A DNA stretch of 64,000 nucleotides from Candidatus Latescibacterota bacterium (GTDB lineage: Bacteria; Latescibacterota; UBA2968; GCA-2709665). The first letter of the stretch is position 1; each line of letters opens with the position of its first letter. Positions 8,615-18,554 of this stretch are shown in pieces. The notes under the pieces are model-generated. The model saw only the letters and a program-made list of their open reading frames with translations, did not search any database and was not told the DNA's origin. The DNA lies in contig CBDCOX010000002.1 in NCBI GenBank assembly GCA_965219995.1, forward strand, positions 3,840,001 through 3,904,000, written 5' to 3'. A program made the position numbers and the translations under genes.

Positions 8615-10198
8615 AAATCTCGCCTGTCTCGCCCACAGGAATTCGGGCGCCTCCGCGATACGATTCAACACTTCGTCCGGGGCCGGCGAATCCAGGCTGA
8701 TCATCATGATGGCCTGTCCGCCCCGGCTGTCCCGCCCCAGAGCCATATCGGCGATGTTGAGTTTCTCCTCTGCGAGGAGCGACCCGATCCAGCCCACCAC
8801 ACCGGGAACGTCACGGTTGCAGCAGATCAACACGTCGCCTTCCAGCTTGGCCTTCACCTCGAACCGGTCGATGCGCACGACCCGGGCGTCGCTGCTGCCG
8901 AATACGGTGGCCGATATAGAGGTCCTTCCCGCCGACGTTTCGTAATCCACCGTCATCAGATTGGTGTAGTCCTTGTGGGCGCTGCTCCGCGTCTCGTCGA
9001 TCTTCACCCCGCGCTTCTGCGCGAAAAGGGGGGCGTTCACGTACGTCACGAGTTCATCCGTCAGATTCGTAATGGCCCCCTTCAGGACAGCCGCCGTCAT
9101 GGGTGATGTCGCGAATTTCAGGATATCTCCGTGGTACTCGATCGCGATGCGGCGCAGATTGCCGCGGCTCAACTGCGCCTGCAATGCGCCCACCTTCTCC
9201 GCCAGGAGCAGATACGGACGTACCTCCTCGAACAGCGACGGGTCCACCGACGGCATGTTCACCGCCCGCTGGGCGGGTCGGTCCATCAGTACTTCCAGTA
9301 CATCCTGTGCGATCTGGCGGGCCACGCGGTCCTGCGCCTCCGTGGTCGAGGCGGCCAGATGCGGCGTGCAGATCACCTCGCGCCGCCGCAGGAGCGGATG
9401 GTCCCTGGGCGGGGGTTCCTTCTCGTACACGTCGAGCGCCGCTCCGACCACCCTGCCCGATTCGATCGCGTTCAGAAGCGCCGCCTCGTCGACCAGCCCT
9501 CCCCGGGCGCAGTTGAGAATGCGCACGCCGGGTTTGCACGTCGCCAGCGACGACGCGGAAATCAGGTGCCGCGTGGCTTCATTCAGCGGCGTATGCAGGG
9601 TGATATAGTCCGCGGTCTCGTATATTTCCTCGAGAGAAGTCAGCCTTACCCGGAATCTCGCCGCCATCTCTTCGGAAAGTAAGGGATCGTGGCCCACGAC
9701 CGTCATCCCCAGAGCTCCGGCCAGGCGCGCAACATGCTGTCCCACCCGCCCCACGCCTACAATGCCCAGCACCTTCCCGTTCAACTCCACGCCCGTATAG
9801 GACTTCCGTTCCCACGCGCCGCGTTTCATCGAAGCGGTCGCCTGCGGAATGTTGCGGCTCAACGCGAGCAGCATCCCAACGGTATGCTCGGCCGTGGCAA
9901 TCGTATTCCCGCCGGGGGAATGCACCACCACTACGCCCCGCTCCGTCGCGGCGCCAATGTCGATGTTGTCCACGCCGACTCCCGCGCGGCCGATGACGCG
10001 GAGCCGGTGCGCCCCGGCCAGGACCTCCCGGGTCACATGCGTTTCGCTGCGAACAATCAACCCGTCAAGGGCGCCGATTTCACGCGCCAGCGCTTCCGGC
10101 GAGAGGCCCGTCCGGACGTCCACCCGGACGTCCGGCGCATCCGCGAACACGCTCTGCCAGCCGCGAGACAACGTATCTGCGATCAAGACTCGCTTCAT
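8582..10198 (-). CDS. serA: D-3-phosphoglycerate dehydrogenase (long form with ASB/ACT domains)
   Basis: IGRAGVGVDNID, GVGRVG, ITLHTPL, NCARGGLVDE, AALDVYEKEP, TPHLAAST and a C-terminal ACT (NRDVPGVVG..NIADM). Confidence 0.95.
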   Translation of the reverse strand: MKRVLIADTLSRGWQSVFADAPDVRVDVRTGLSPEALAREIGALDGLIVRSETHVTREVLAGAHRLRVIGRAGVGVDNIDIGAATERGVVVVHSPGGNTIATAEHTVGMLLALSRNIPQATASMKRGAWERKSYTGVELNGKVLGIVGVGRVGQHVARLAGALGMTVVGHDPLLSEEMAARFRVRLTSLEEIYETADYITLHTPLNEATRHLISASSLATCKPGVRILNCARGGLVDEAALLNAIESGRVVGAALDVYEKEPPPRDHPLLRRREVICTPHLAASTTEAQDRVARQIAQDVLEVLMDRPAQRAVNMPSVDPSLFEEVRPYLLLAEKVGALQAQLSRGNLRRIAIEYHGDILKFATSPMTAAVLKGAITNLTDELVTYVNAPLFAQKRGVKIDETRSSAHKDYTNLMTVDYETSAGRTSISATVFGSSDARVVRIDRFEVKAKLEGDVLICCNRDVPGVVGWIGSLLAEEKLNIADMALGRDSRGGQAIMMISLDSPAPDEVLNRIAEAPEFLWARQARFKSGETQDGRR

Positions 10199-10211
10199 GG
10201 TATAAAAGAAA

Positions 10212-10268
10212 GCTATCAGCAATCAGCAGTCAGAAAGAGCAGCAATCAGCCGTCAGCGTACAGCAGAA
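10212..10268. repeat. Heptamer tract (ATCAGCA-type)
   Basis: gctatcagcaatcagcagtcag...gcagcaatcagccgtcagcgtacagc. Confidence 0.55.
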
Positions 10269-10305
10269 AGCCAAACAGGCAATGTCCGCACTGTATAGTA
10301 CGTCT

Positions 10306-10330
10306 GTAGGGGCAACCCTTGTGGTTGCCC
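10306..10330. repeat. GTAG-type REP element
   Basis: GTAG foot plus a GGGCAACC-cttgt-GGTTGCCC hairpin, the canonical REP layout. Confidence 0.7.
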
Positions 10331-10357
10331 AGGTCAACGGTCACGGCAAAGCAGCGA

Positions 10358-11497
10358 TCAATTTTCTGCGTTCAGCGCGTGTTGCGCGGCCTCCACGCCG
10401 ATCCCCGCGTCAAAACCCCATCCGGCCTTTCGGAGCCCGAATTCGAGCGCCGCAACGACCTCCAGTATACCTGCATCGTCCACGTGCCCCAGGTTGGACA
10501 CCCGCACCATGCGGCCCCTGTATTCGCCCAGACCGCCGCCGACAATGACGTTGAATTCACGCCGCAGACATTCCAACAGCGCGAGCCCGTCAACCCGTTC
10601 GGGCAGGACAATCGCGGTGAGCACGTTCGAAGGCCGCCGCGCGAAACACGACAGTCCCAGCGCCTCCGCGGACCGCCGCACGGCCCTGGCGTGCCGGGCA
10701 TGGCGTTCCCAGACCCGCGGGATGCCCTCTTCCCGAAGCATCTGCAGCGCCACCTGCAAACCGGCAAGGAGCGTAACCGGAAGCGTGGCGGGAGCCCGGC
10801 CCTCCTCCAGAGACGTCCTGTATTGTTGCAGGTCCCAATAAAACTTCGGTTGCCGGCATCGCTCGCGCGCTTGCCAGACCCGCGGACCCACCGCGGCGAA
10901 TCCCATCCCCGGAGGCAGCATCAACCCCTTCTGGGACGCCGTAACGGCCAGATCGACGTTCCAGGCTTCGAGGGGCAGCGGATGAGCTGCTACGCTGGAG
11001 ATCCCGTCGACGACGAAAAGCGCATCTCTTTCCCGTACCGACGCGCCAATGGAGGCGACGTCGTGCAAGACGCCGGTGGACGTCTCGCAGTGTGTGCCGA
11101 ACACGACACGAATGTCGGGATCGTCCCGAAGCGCGTCGGCAACAACCTGCGGGTCCACAGCCTCTCCCCATGGAAACCCCCGTTCCACCACCTCGACGCC
11201 GTAGGCCCGGCAGATGTCTGTCCAACGTCTGCCGAAATGCCCCGCATTCAGAACCAGCGCCCGGTCTCCGGCGGAAAGGGTATTGGCTATCGAGGCTTCC
11301 ATCACGCCGCTGCCAGAGCAGGCCAGGACGAATACGTCAACAGCCGTGGGGAAGACCTCCTGAAGGCCTTCGACCACATCACGGAGCAGTGCGGGAAAGT
11401 CCGGTCCCCGGTGGTAGACCGGCGTTCCGGACATCGCGGCCTGAACCCTTTCGGGGATCGGGGTCGGGCCCGGTGTAAAAAGACGTTGCCGCCTCAT
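10358..11497 (-). CDS. Class V PLP aminotransferase (serine/alanine-glyoxylate type)
   Basis: LFTPGPTP, HCETSTGV, VVDGISS and the PLP-lysine motif TASQKGLMLPPG. Confidence 0.92.
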   Translation of the reverse strand: MRRQRLFTPGPTPIPERVQAAMSGTPVYHRGPDFPALLRDVVEGLQEVFPTAVDVFVLACSGSGVMEASIANTLSAGDRALVLNAGHFGRRWTDICRAYGVEVVERGFPWGEAVDPQVVADALRDDPDIRVVFGTHCETSTGVLHDVASIGASVRERDALFVVDGISSVAAHPLPLEAWNVDLAVTASQKGLMLPPGMGFAAVGPRVWQARERCRQPKFYWDLQQYRTSLEEGRAPATLPVTLLAGLQVALQMLREEGIPRVWERHARHARAVRRSAEALGLSCFARRPSNVLTAIVLPERVDGLALLECLRREFNVIVGGGLGEYRGRMVRVSNLGHVDDAGILEVVAALEFGLRKAGWGFDAGIGVEAAQHALNAEN

Positions 11498-11542
11498 CTC
11501 AACCGCCCATGAGGCAAACCGGTTTTTTCGCCGCGCGCGGGT

Positions 11543-12130
11543 CTATTGTTCGACAACATCCCGAATCCACGTCCAGACGGACTGGCGGCCGTGGCCCGAT
11601 ACCGCCGAAAAAGGTACGAAATCAAATTCGCCCAGACCGGATAGCAGGTTCCGCGTCCGGTCCAGCCGGGACTTCCGCCGGCTTCCCGGGAGCTTGTCGG
11701 CTTTCGTGGCGACCACCAGAAACGGCCGGCCGAATTGCCTGAGCCAGAGGGCCATCTCCACGTCGTGCGCCGTCGGGTCGTGCCGGGCATCCAGGAGATG
11801 CAAAATGCCCCGCAACGACGTCCGTGTCTCCAGGTATCCGTTGATCAGGTCGGCCCACTGCCGGCGTTCCTGCCGACCCCGCCTTGCGTACCCGTACCCG
11901 GGAAGATCCACGAAATGCAATGTCTCGTTGACGCGGTAGTAGTTGAGCGTACGCGTCTTACCCGGGGTTTTGCTGGTGAGGGCCAACTGTTTGCGGTTCA
12001 GCAGCCGGTTCAGCAGAGAGGATTTACCCACGTTCGAGCGGCCGGCAAATGCAATTTCCGGCAGTCCTTCCATAGGAAGGCGGTCCGGGTGGGCGATACT
12101 GGTCACAAAATCGGCGGAACGGATCTGCAT
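11543..12130 (-). CDS. engB: Ribosome biogenesis GTPase YihA/YsxC
   Basis: EIAFAGRSNVGKSSLLN, SKTPGKT, VDLPGYGY, TKADK. Typical position after clpX. Confidence 0.95.
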   Translation of the reverse strand: MQIRSADFVTSIAHPDRLPMEGLPEIAFAGRSNVGKSSLLNRLLNRKQLALTSKTPGKTRTLNYYRVNETLHFVDLPGYGYARRGRQERRQWADLINGYLETRTSLRGILHLLDARHDPTAHDVEMALWLRQFGRPFLVVATKADKLPGSRRKSRLDRTRNLLSGLGEFDFVPFSAVSGHGRQSVWTWIRDVVEQ

Positions 12131-12167
12131 AGCGGGCAACCGGGGACACAGTATTTCGCAAACACAT

Positions 12168-12194
12168 AGAAAACCGGGGCAATGGACCCCGGTT
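12168..12194 (-). terminator. Putative terminator after clpX
   Basis: AACCGGGG-7 nt-CCCCGGTT stem with a T-rich tail on the minus strand. Confidence 0.5.
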
Positions 12195-12224
12195 CCGAAG
12201 GCGCAGGCAGGGTTAAGGATGAGA

Positions 12225-13466
12225 CTACGCGCTCTTTTTCTCTTCGATGTGAAGCCGTGGCTTTGATTTTCCGGCGACCATCTCTTTCGTGACCACGACC
12301 CGCGTGTGATCCGGATTGGAGGGGAGGTCGTACATCAGGTCGTTCATGATGTCCTCCAGAACGGAACGCAACCCGCGAGCGCCCGTTCCCTTCTGGACGG
12401 TTCGCCGCACCACCTCGTCCAGGGCCGTGTCTTCGAATTCCAGTTCGGCGCCGTCCATTTCGAAGAGCTTCTGGTACTGCTTGGTAATCGCATTTTTAGG
12501 TTCTGTCAGAATCTTGTACAGCGCCCGTTCGTCGAGGTCGCTGAGGGAACAGGTGATGGGCAGCCTGCCGACCAGTTCGGGAATCAGCCCGTACTTGATG
12601 AGATCCTCAGGTTCCACCTCGGCAAACAACGCGCCCGCGTTCCGCTTTTCATCCGGATCGTCCTTCGCGCCGAAGCCGATGGTCTTTTCCCCGATCCGGT
12701 TGCTGATGATTTCTTCGAGGCCGTCGAACGCCCCGCCGCAGATGAACAGGATATTGCGCGTATTCAACTGGATCAGGGGCTGCTCGGGGTGTTTCCGTCC
12801 GCCCTTCGGCGGAATGCTGGCGACGGTTCCCTCGAGAATCTTCAGCAGCGCCTGCTGAACGCCTTCGCCGGATACGTCGCGGGTAATCGAAGGATTGGCC
12901 GCCTTCCTCGATATCTTGTCGACTTCGTCCAGGTAGAGAATGCCCGTCTCCGCCTGCGCCACGTCGTAGTCGGCCGCCTGCAGCAGCCGGACCAGGATAT
13001 TCTCCACGTCTTCGCCCACGTATCCGGCTTCAGTGAGTATCGTTGCGTCCGCGATGGAGAACGGAACGTCCAGGATGCGCGCGAGCGTCTGGGCCAGCAG
13101 GGTCTTCCCGGTGCCGGTGGGCCCGACGAGCAGGATATTGCTCTTCTCGAGTTCGACGTCGTCCGTGACAACCGGGGACCGGATTCGTTTATAGTGATTG
13201 TAAACGGCCACGGAAAGCGTGCGTTTGGCCGCTTCCTGACCGATCACGTAGTCGTCGAGGCGGGTCTTGATCGTTGCCGGTTTGGGCAGCTTCTGCCGGG
13301 ACGAGACCGGCTTCTGCCTGGCGTCCTCCTGCAGCACTTCGTTGCACAGCTTGACGCAATCGCTGCATATATGCACCGAGGTCCCGGTAATGATCTTGTC
13401 GACCTGGTCGTTGCCCTTGCCGCAGAAAGAGCACTGTACCTCTGTTCTTGAAGATCGCCGTTTCAT
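12225..13466 (-). CDS. clpX: ATP-dependent Clp protease ATP-binding subunit
   Basis: CSFCGK..ICSDC zinc finger, [47 protein letters not shown]. Confidence 0.98.
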   Translation of the reverse strand: MKRRSSRTEVQCSFCGKGNDQVDKIITGTSVHICSDCVKLCNEVLQEDARQKPVSSRQKLPKPATIKTRLDDYVIGQEAAKRTLSVAVYNHYKRIRSPVVTDDVELEKSNILLVGPTGTGKTLLAQTLARILDVPFSIADATILTEAGYVGEDVENILVRLLQAADYDVAQAETGILYLDEVDKISRKAANPSITRDVSGEGVQQALLKILEGTVASIPPKGGRKHPEQPLIQLNTRNILFICGGAFDGLEEIISNRIGEKTIGFGAKDDPDEKRNAGALFAEVEPEDLIKYGLIPELVGRLPITCSLSDLDERALYKILTEPKNAITKQYQKLFEMDGAELEFEDTALDEVVRRTVQKGTGARGLRSVLEDIMNDLMYDLPSNPDHTRVVVTKEMVAGKSKPRLHIEEKKSA

Positions 13467-13527
13467 AAGTCACCCATGATATCCAGACCGCGGAAAGATG
13501 ACGTCTTCGGCGCCGCCCCGCGAGGCT

Positions 13528-14142
13528 TTACTCGTCGTCCTCGATCACGAGTTTGTCATCTCCGCTGGGCATCAGCACCTCATCGATCAGTCCGTACTCC
13601 AGGGCCTCGTCGGCGGACATAAAGAAGTCCCGGTCGGCATCTTTGGCAACCCGGTCGATCGGTTGCCCCGTCTTCTCCGCCAGAATCTCGTTGAGCTTGT
13701 CCCGCCATTGGAGTATCTCCCTGGCGTGACGTTCCACGTCCGAAGCCTGTCCTCCCGCGCCGCCCATGGGCTGATGGACCAGGATACGGGAATTCGGCAG
13801 GGCTCGCCGCTGCCCCTTCGTGCCTCCGGCGAGGAGTACGGCAGCCATGCTGAATGCCTGGCCGACGCACACGGTTTCCACTTCATTGGGTACGTACTGC
13901 ATGGTATCGTAAATGGCCAGCCCTGCCGTTATGCTGCCTCCGGGCGAATTGATGTACAGCCGAATCGTCTTCTCCGGCGATTCCGAAGTGCAAAACAGCA
14001 TCTGCGCGATCACCAGGTTCGCGATGGCGTCGTTAACGGGAAAGCCGATAAAAATGATGTTATCCCTGAGAAGACGGGAGAAAATGTCGTAGGACCGTTC
14101 GCCGAACCCCGTCTTTTCCAAAACCATGGGTACCAGTGCCAT
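13528..14142 (-). CDS. clpP: Clp protease proteolytic subunit
   Basis: [27 protein letters not shown] (Ser), VHQP (His), DRDFFMS (Asp). Confidence 0.97.
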   Translation of the reverse strand: MALVPMVLEKTGFGERSYDIFSRLLRDNIIFIGFPVNDAIANLVIAQMLFCTSESPEKTIRLYINSPGGSITAGLAIYDTMQYVPNEVETVCVGQAFSMAAVLLAGGTKGQRRALPNSRILVHQPMGGAGGQASDVERHAREILQWRDKLNEILAEKTGQPIDRVAKDADRDFFMSADEALEYGLIDEVLMPSGDDKLVIEDDE

Positions 14143-14182
14143 AGGCGTCTATTCTCCCTCACTTTCGGATCCCGGATCGCCG

Positions 14183-15502
14183 TCACGGGCCATCCGTTTC
14201 TTCCTTCACGTCTTCGATGTCCGCATGTTGAATCAACAGGTCGAACGTCATTTTCGTCAACAGGTCAGACTCGATTCTCTCAATCTGGTCCGACCGCTTC
14301 AGAATCTGGTGGAGTTGTTCTCGTTCCGTATTGTATCGACGCGACATGTCCTCGATGTGACGGTCCACGTCCGCCTCTTCCACCGCCAGATCTTCCTGTT
14401 TCTGAATCGCCTCCAATAGTAAATGACGCTTCAACCCTCGAATGGTGCCCTCGCGGCTTTCCCGTCGAATCGCGTCTTCATCGACGTCGTGGTCGTGTCC
14501 TTCGTGTTCCTTCCTGTGGTTCTCCACCAGCGCGTCCAGGGCGTTTTCGATCATGGCTTCGGGGAGATCGAACGCGTTCGTTCGAATCAGCTCGTCCACA
14601 ATGTGACTTTCGAGGTAGCGCCGTGAGGCGAGATCGGCCTGCGCCTGGAGGTCTGTCCGTATCCGGCCCCTGAGCTCTTCCAGCGACGCGAACTCACCCT
14701 GATCCCTGGCGAATTCATCGTCCAGTTCCGGCAGCTTGCGTTCACGGACCTCCCTGGCGGAAAACATCATGCGGATCTCCCCGCCGTGCTGATGCCGGGA
14801 GCCATGACCGTGGTCCTGGTGTTCGCCTTCTTCCGTGTGCGTCAGCCGGATCTGCCGGGATTCGCCCGTGGAAATGCCTACCAGCTGGTTGTCGAGGTCG
14901 TGATTGGCATTCCTGCCGCCGATATGAATCGGGCGTTCTTCCTGTTTGCGACCGATAATCGGCAGCCCGTTCTCGTCCAGTTCCTGAAGGTCCGCGACGA
15001 CGACGTCGCCTGTTTCCGCGGGCCGGTCGACTTCCTGCTCCGTGGCGTTCTGTTCCCGCACGCGCTGGATCTGCTCTTCTACGTCGTCATCGGCGACTTC
15101 GAACACGGGGCGAGTGGTTTTCAGGCCTTTGTAATCCTGGACGACGATTTCAGGCTTGACGTCCACCGACGCCGTAAATCTGAGCGGCTGCCCCTCTTCG
15201 TAGTTCACGTCATCGATGGTGGCTTCCGAGATCGGCGTCAGACCCTCCGATCTGCTGGCCTCCCGATAACACTCCTGCATCACCTCCTGCAGGACCTCGC
15301 CCTGAATCATCCTTCCAAACCGCTTTTTGACCAGGTTCACAGGTATCTTGCCCTTGCGAAACCCGGGCAGGTTCAACGATTTGCTGTAATTCTTGTATGC
15401 GGCATCCATCCGCCGGCGCACGTCCTCGCCCGGTACTTCGACGTCGAGCGTCCTGCGCCACGTGTCCGACTCTGAAACGGTCACCTTCATGACGTTCTGC
15501 AT
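14183..15502 (-). CDS. tig: Trigger factor
   Basis: Ribosome-binding motif LPGFRKGKIP, about 440 aa, directly upstream of clpP-clpX. Confidence 0.93.
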   Translation of the reverse strand: MQNVMKVTVSESDTWRRTLDVEVPGEDVRRRMDAAYKNYSKSLNLPGFRKGKIPVNLVKKRFGRMIQGEVLQEVMQECYREASRSEGLTPISEATIDDVNYEEGQPLRFTASVDVKPEIVVQDYKGLKTTRPVFEVADDDVEEQIQRVREQNATEQEVDRPAETGDVVVADLQELDENGLPIIGRKQEERPIHIGGRNANHDLDNQLVGISTGESRQIRLTHTEEGEHQDHGHGSRHQHGGEIRMMFSAREVRERKLPELDDEFARDQGEFASLEELRGRIRTDLQAQADLASRRYLESHIVDELIRTNAFDLPEAMIENALDALVENHRKEHEGHDHDVDEDAIRRESREGTIRGLKRHLLLEAIQKQEDLAVEEADVDRHIEDMSRRYNTEREQLHQILKRSDQIERIESDLLTKMTFDLLIQHADIEDVKEETDGP

Positions 15503-15555
15503 CCTTCCAGCGCGTGGATGTCTTTATCGCAATTCCAGGAACGATCCAAACGCAA

Positions 15556-15584
15556 ATGATATATAATCGCCCCGGATTTGTCAA
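15556..15584 (-). promoter_or_regulatory. Putative sigma70 promoter of tig-clpPX
   Basis: TTGACA-17 nt-TATCAT on the minus strand. Confidence 0.6.
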
Positions 15585-15685
15585 TCCGTTTGCCGCGATG
15601 ACGGCGCGTCGGAATCCTGAATCCTTCACAAAAAATCCGGGCGCAACTCCTGCCCGGATTCGATCGACGTCTGTGGGCGGTACCG

Positions 15686-17623
15686 TCAGGAAGCCACGGG
15701 CTGCCGATCTTCGGGTGCGGCAATGATCTTTCGAATCGTGTCCTTTTCGGAGCTGCAGCACCCGTTGCTCCCGTTGCTGCCGTTGATGACCGGAAGCTCG
15801 AGTTCCCCGTTTTCGGTCTCGCGTACCCGCAGCGTGTGGTCCGCATCGGGCAGCGGCATATCGCGACTGCCCGCATAGATGGGGTGGCGGCCCCGAGTTT
15901 TGAACCAATCGGCCGTTGTGGCGGTCATATGCATATTCTCGATGATCTGACGCCATCCGATTCCGGTGTTATACGCGCAGAAGGAGATCTCGCCTTCCTG
16001 GGTGCCGTAAGGGATCACGCACATTTCAGTGCGGCGGAAATCGTAGGTCCACAGATCCTGGAACCACATGCCGCCAACCCACATTATGCGCCACTCCCGG
16101 TCGCTGGGCCTCGGACCGCCGCTGATGGAGCCCCCGACCCTGCGGTCCAGAATCCGGGCGAGATCCATAAGGCCGAATCCGGACGGCGCCTTCCTGGCGT
16201 CGAAATTCCGAAGCAGCGACATGCCGACCTGGAACTTGATCCATTTGGGGTCCCGCGCGGTGTCGGTCATCACTTCGATGTCCTTCATAAACTGTTCCTG
16301 GTTGAAGAACTCGGTGATGGACGCCCACTGCCGGGTCTTCTCGTTCACGACAATATGGGCCGCGGAACCGCAGTTGGGGTGGCAGGAGCAGGTCTGTCCC
16401 CCGAATTCGACGTCCTGCCCGCGCAAATGGTCGGCAAGCGTGGTAAACAGCGTTCCGGCGCCGAGCGGATACCAGTCGCGGTGCGCGTCGATTTTCCCGC
16501 CGGACCACGTCTGCAGATCGTGAGCGAGATGAGAGATGGTGTAGCGCTGCCGGTGGCGCATCTCGTCGGTGATGTCCTCGTCGCGCCCGGTAAACGACAC
16601 GGGCTGGAAAGAAATCGAACCGACCTTGTCGCTGTTGTCGATGCAGAACTGGAGTATCGGGCCGACCTGTTCGTTGTTGATCGTATTCAGAACCGTCGTG
16701 ACGGGCGTGATATCGATTCCGGCGCGGGCGAGGTTCTCCATTGCCAGGAGCTTGGCGTCGAACAGATTTGAAATTTGCCGGTGCTGGTTGGCCGCGTTGG
16801 TGACGCCGTCGAACTGCAGATACGCCATATCGAAACCGGCCGCTTTCGCCTCGAAAGCGAAATCAGGCTCTTTGGCAAATCGGAGTCCGTTGGTCGCGGC
16901 CTGCACACACCAGTACCCCACCTCCTTGGCATACCGGCAGGCATCCAGAAAATGCGGCGAGATCGTGGGTTCTCCGCCCGAGAACTGTACCGACATCTGC
17001 CTGCGCGGTTTGAAGGAGATGGATGCGTCCAGGATCCGCTTGACGTCGTCCATTGTCAATTCGTGGACATAACCCACCTGGTTCGCATCCATGAAACAGG
17101 GATTGCACATCATGTTGCAGCGGTTGGTCAGGTCGATCGTGAGTACGGCGCCGCGACCGTATTTGATGCTGGACGTACCGTGCTGGTGCACGTGCTCGTC
17201 TCCCCAGGTGCGGAAGTCCCGGCCGGGAAAACGGGCCTCGATCAGGCGCGTAAACTCCGGATCGATTGACAGCACGTCTTCATAGGGGCCGTGGACCGGG
17301 CAGGACTTGCGCATCAGGATACACCCGTTTTCCTCCAGGATCTCTGCCTTGATCTCGCCGGGATTGCCGTGTACCAGTTCGCCGATGTCCCGTGTGCCGT
17401 CGATAATGGCGGTCCGGACTTCTTTGACGCAATCCGGGCACAGCGAATCGGTTTCGCGCGGGAATCCCAGGGTGGGCATCGATCGCTGATAGCTCTTCAG
17501 CAGCGGCGCGGAAGCCCAGTCAGGCTGAAATGGCTGACCTTCGGGGAGCCTTGTATTCACGCTCTGGAAGACACTCCAGGCGACGTTCGCAGCCCCGGAA
17601 ACGAAGCGGTCACGATAACTCAT
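15686..17623 (-). CDS. Radical SAM protein, tetraether synthase (Tes/GDGT-MAS, MJ0619-like) family homologue
   Basis: N-terminal SLCPDC...KSCPVHG, radical SAM motif DLTNRCNMMCNPCF, QFSGGEPT, YLQFDG, CSCHPNCG and C-terminal CVIPY..EGEISFCAYN. Confidence 0.8.
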   Translation of the reverse strand: MSYRDRFVSGAANVAWSVFQSVNTRLPEGQPFQPDWASAPLLKSYQRSMPTLGFPRETDSLCPDCVKEVRTAIIDGTRDIGELVHGNPGEIKAEILEENGCILMRKSCPVHGPYEDVLSIDPEFTRLIEARFPGRDFRTWGDEHVHQHGTSSIKYGRGAVLTIDLTNRCNMMCNPCFMDANQVGYVHELTMDDVKRILDASISFKPRRQMSVQFSGGEPTISPHFLDACRYAKEVGYWCVQAATNGLRFAKEPDFAFEAKAAGFDMAYLQFDGVTNAANQHRQISNLFDAKLLAMENLARAGIDITPVTTVLNTINNEQVGPILQFCIDNSDKVGSISFQPVSFTGRDEDITDEMRHRQRYTISHLAHDLQTWSGGKIDAHRDWYPLGAGTLFTTLADHLRGQDVEFGGQTCSCHPNCGSAAHIVVNEKTRQWASITEFFNQEQFMKDIEVMTDTARDPKWIKFQVGMSLLRNFDARKAPSGFGLMDLARILDRRVGGSISGGPRPSDREWRIMWVGGMWFQDLWTYDFRRTEMCVIPYGTQEGEISFCAYNTGIGWRQIIENMHMTATTADWFKTRGRHPIYAGSRDMPLPDADHTLRVRETENGELELPVINGSNGSNGCCSSEKDTIRKIIAAPEDRQPVAS

Positions 17624-17722
17624 CTGCAGATCCTTTGAGTGTAGCCCAAACCGACCGGGTTGCCACAATGCGAAACGCCGGCTTACGGCCATATGAAGTT
17701 CTTGCAGGAGTAAGGCAAAAGG

Positions 17723-17750
17723 AATATAAGCAAAAAGCCGGTGCCGTCAA
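17723..17750 (-). promoter_or_regulatory. Putative sigma70 promoter of the radical SAM gene
   Basis: TTGACG-16 nt-TATATT on the minus strand. Confidence 0.4.
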
Positions 17751-17768
17751 GCGGTTCCTGCTGAAGAG

Positions 17769-18554
17769 TTACACTCGCCGCCGCAGGATTCGTTTCATAT
17801 TTTCACCGAAAATCCGCGCTCGCTGCCGGGGCGTGATCGATGCGCCAAGTACCTTGCCCACACCGGCCTCCATTGCCACGTCGGTCGCAAAGAGGACGCG
17901 TTCCGTCCCCAGGTGGCGCACCGCCATCTCGACAAACCCTTCGTCGTTCAGGCTGCCGCTGGTATCCACGTACACGTTCGAGACGTCCCGGAGGGTCTTG
18001 ATCGCCCACTCCCAGTCTCCCACGATGGGGTGGCCCTCGATGACGATGGCTTCAGGATACATTCGCGCCAGTCGCACGAAGTCCCGGCTGTCCGAGCGAT
18101 TCGTCTGCCATGGTCTGCCGGAAACCGGCGTCTGTTTTCCGCCGTGGTGCAGAATCGGCACGCCCAGATCGATGCATCGCTCCACAATCGGCAGCACGAG
18201 GGGATCCCAGCATTTGCACTGATTGTAGAGCTTTACGCCCATCATCCCGTGCTTCAGAATGCACCGGTCGATTTCATCCCGCGCCTCGTTTTGAAACCGG
18301 GGATCGAGAAAGGCATATCCGAGAATGCGCGCTGGAAACCGCCGCATGGCGTACAGGAGGCTGTCGTTCACCTCGCGCATTCCGTCAGGGCGGGGGTTAT
18401 CCAATCCCTGAATGGGTATCGAACAGCAAAGCTGATCGATTTCCAGACGGTCGGCCGCCTCGATCACCACCCGGTCGTCGGTCCATCTGCCCCGCCAGCC
18501 CACGGACGCCAGGTTTCCGGCCACGTGCATGTGCGCGTCGATCCGCAAGTCCAA
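17769..18554 (-). CDS. Amidohydrolase family (amidohydro_2-like) metal-dependent hydrolase
   Basis: IDAHMH, GVKL, PILHH, GH, NVYVDTSG, RVLFATD, IFGEN. Confidence 0.85.
   Translation of the reverse strand: MDLRIDAHMHVAGNLASVGWRGRWTDDRVVIEAADRLEIDQLCCSIPIQGLDNPRPDGMREVNDSLLYAMRRFPARILGYAFLDPRFQNEARDEIDRCILKHGMMGVKLYNQCKCWDPLVLPIVERCIDLGVPILHHGGKQTPVSGRPWQTNRSDSRDFVRLARMYPEAIVIEGHPIVGDWEWAIKTLRDVSNVYVDTSGSLNDEGFVEMAVRHLGTERVLFATDVAMEAGVGKVLGASITPRQRARIFGENMKRILRRRV

Noticed and set aside
15686-17623. RiPP maturase or second MoaA
   Set aside because: No precursor peptide or RRE nearby, and no MoaA C-terminal CxxC...C/GG motif. The cysteine layout fits the Tes-like family.
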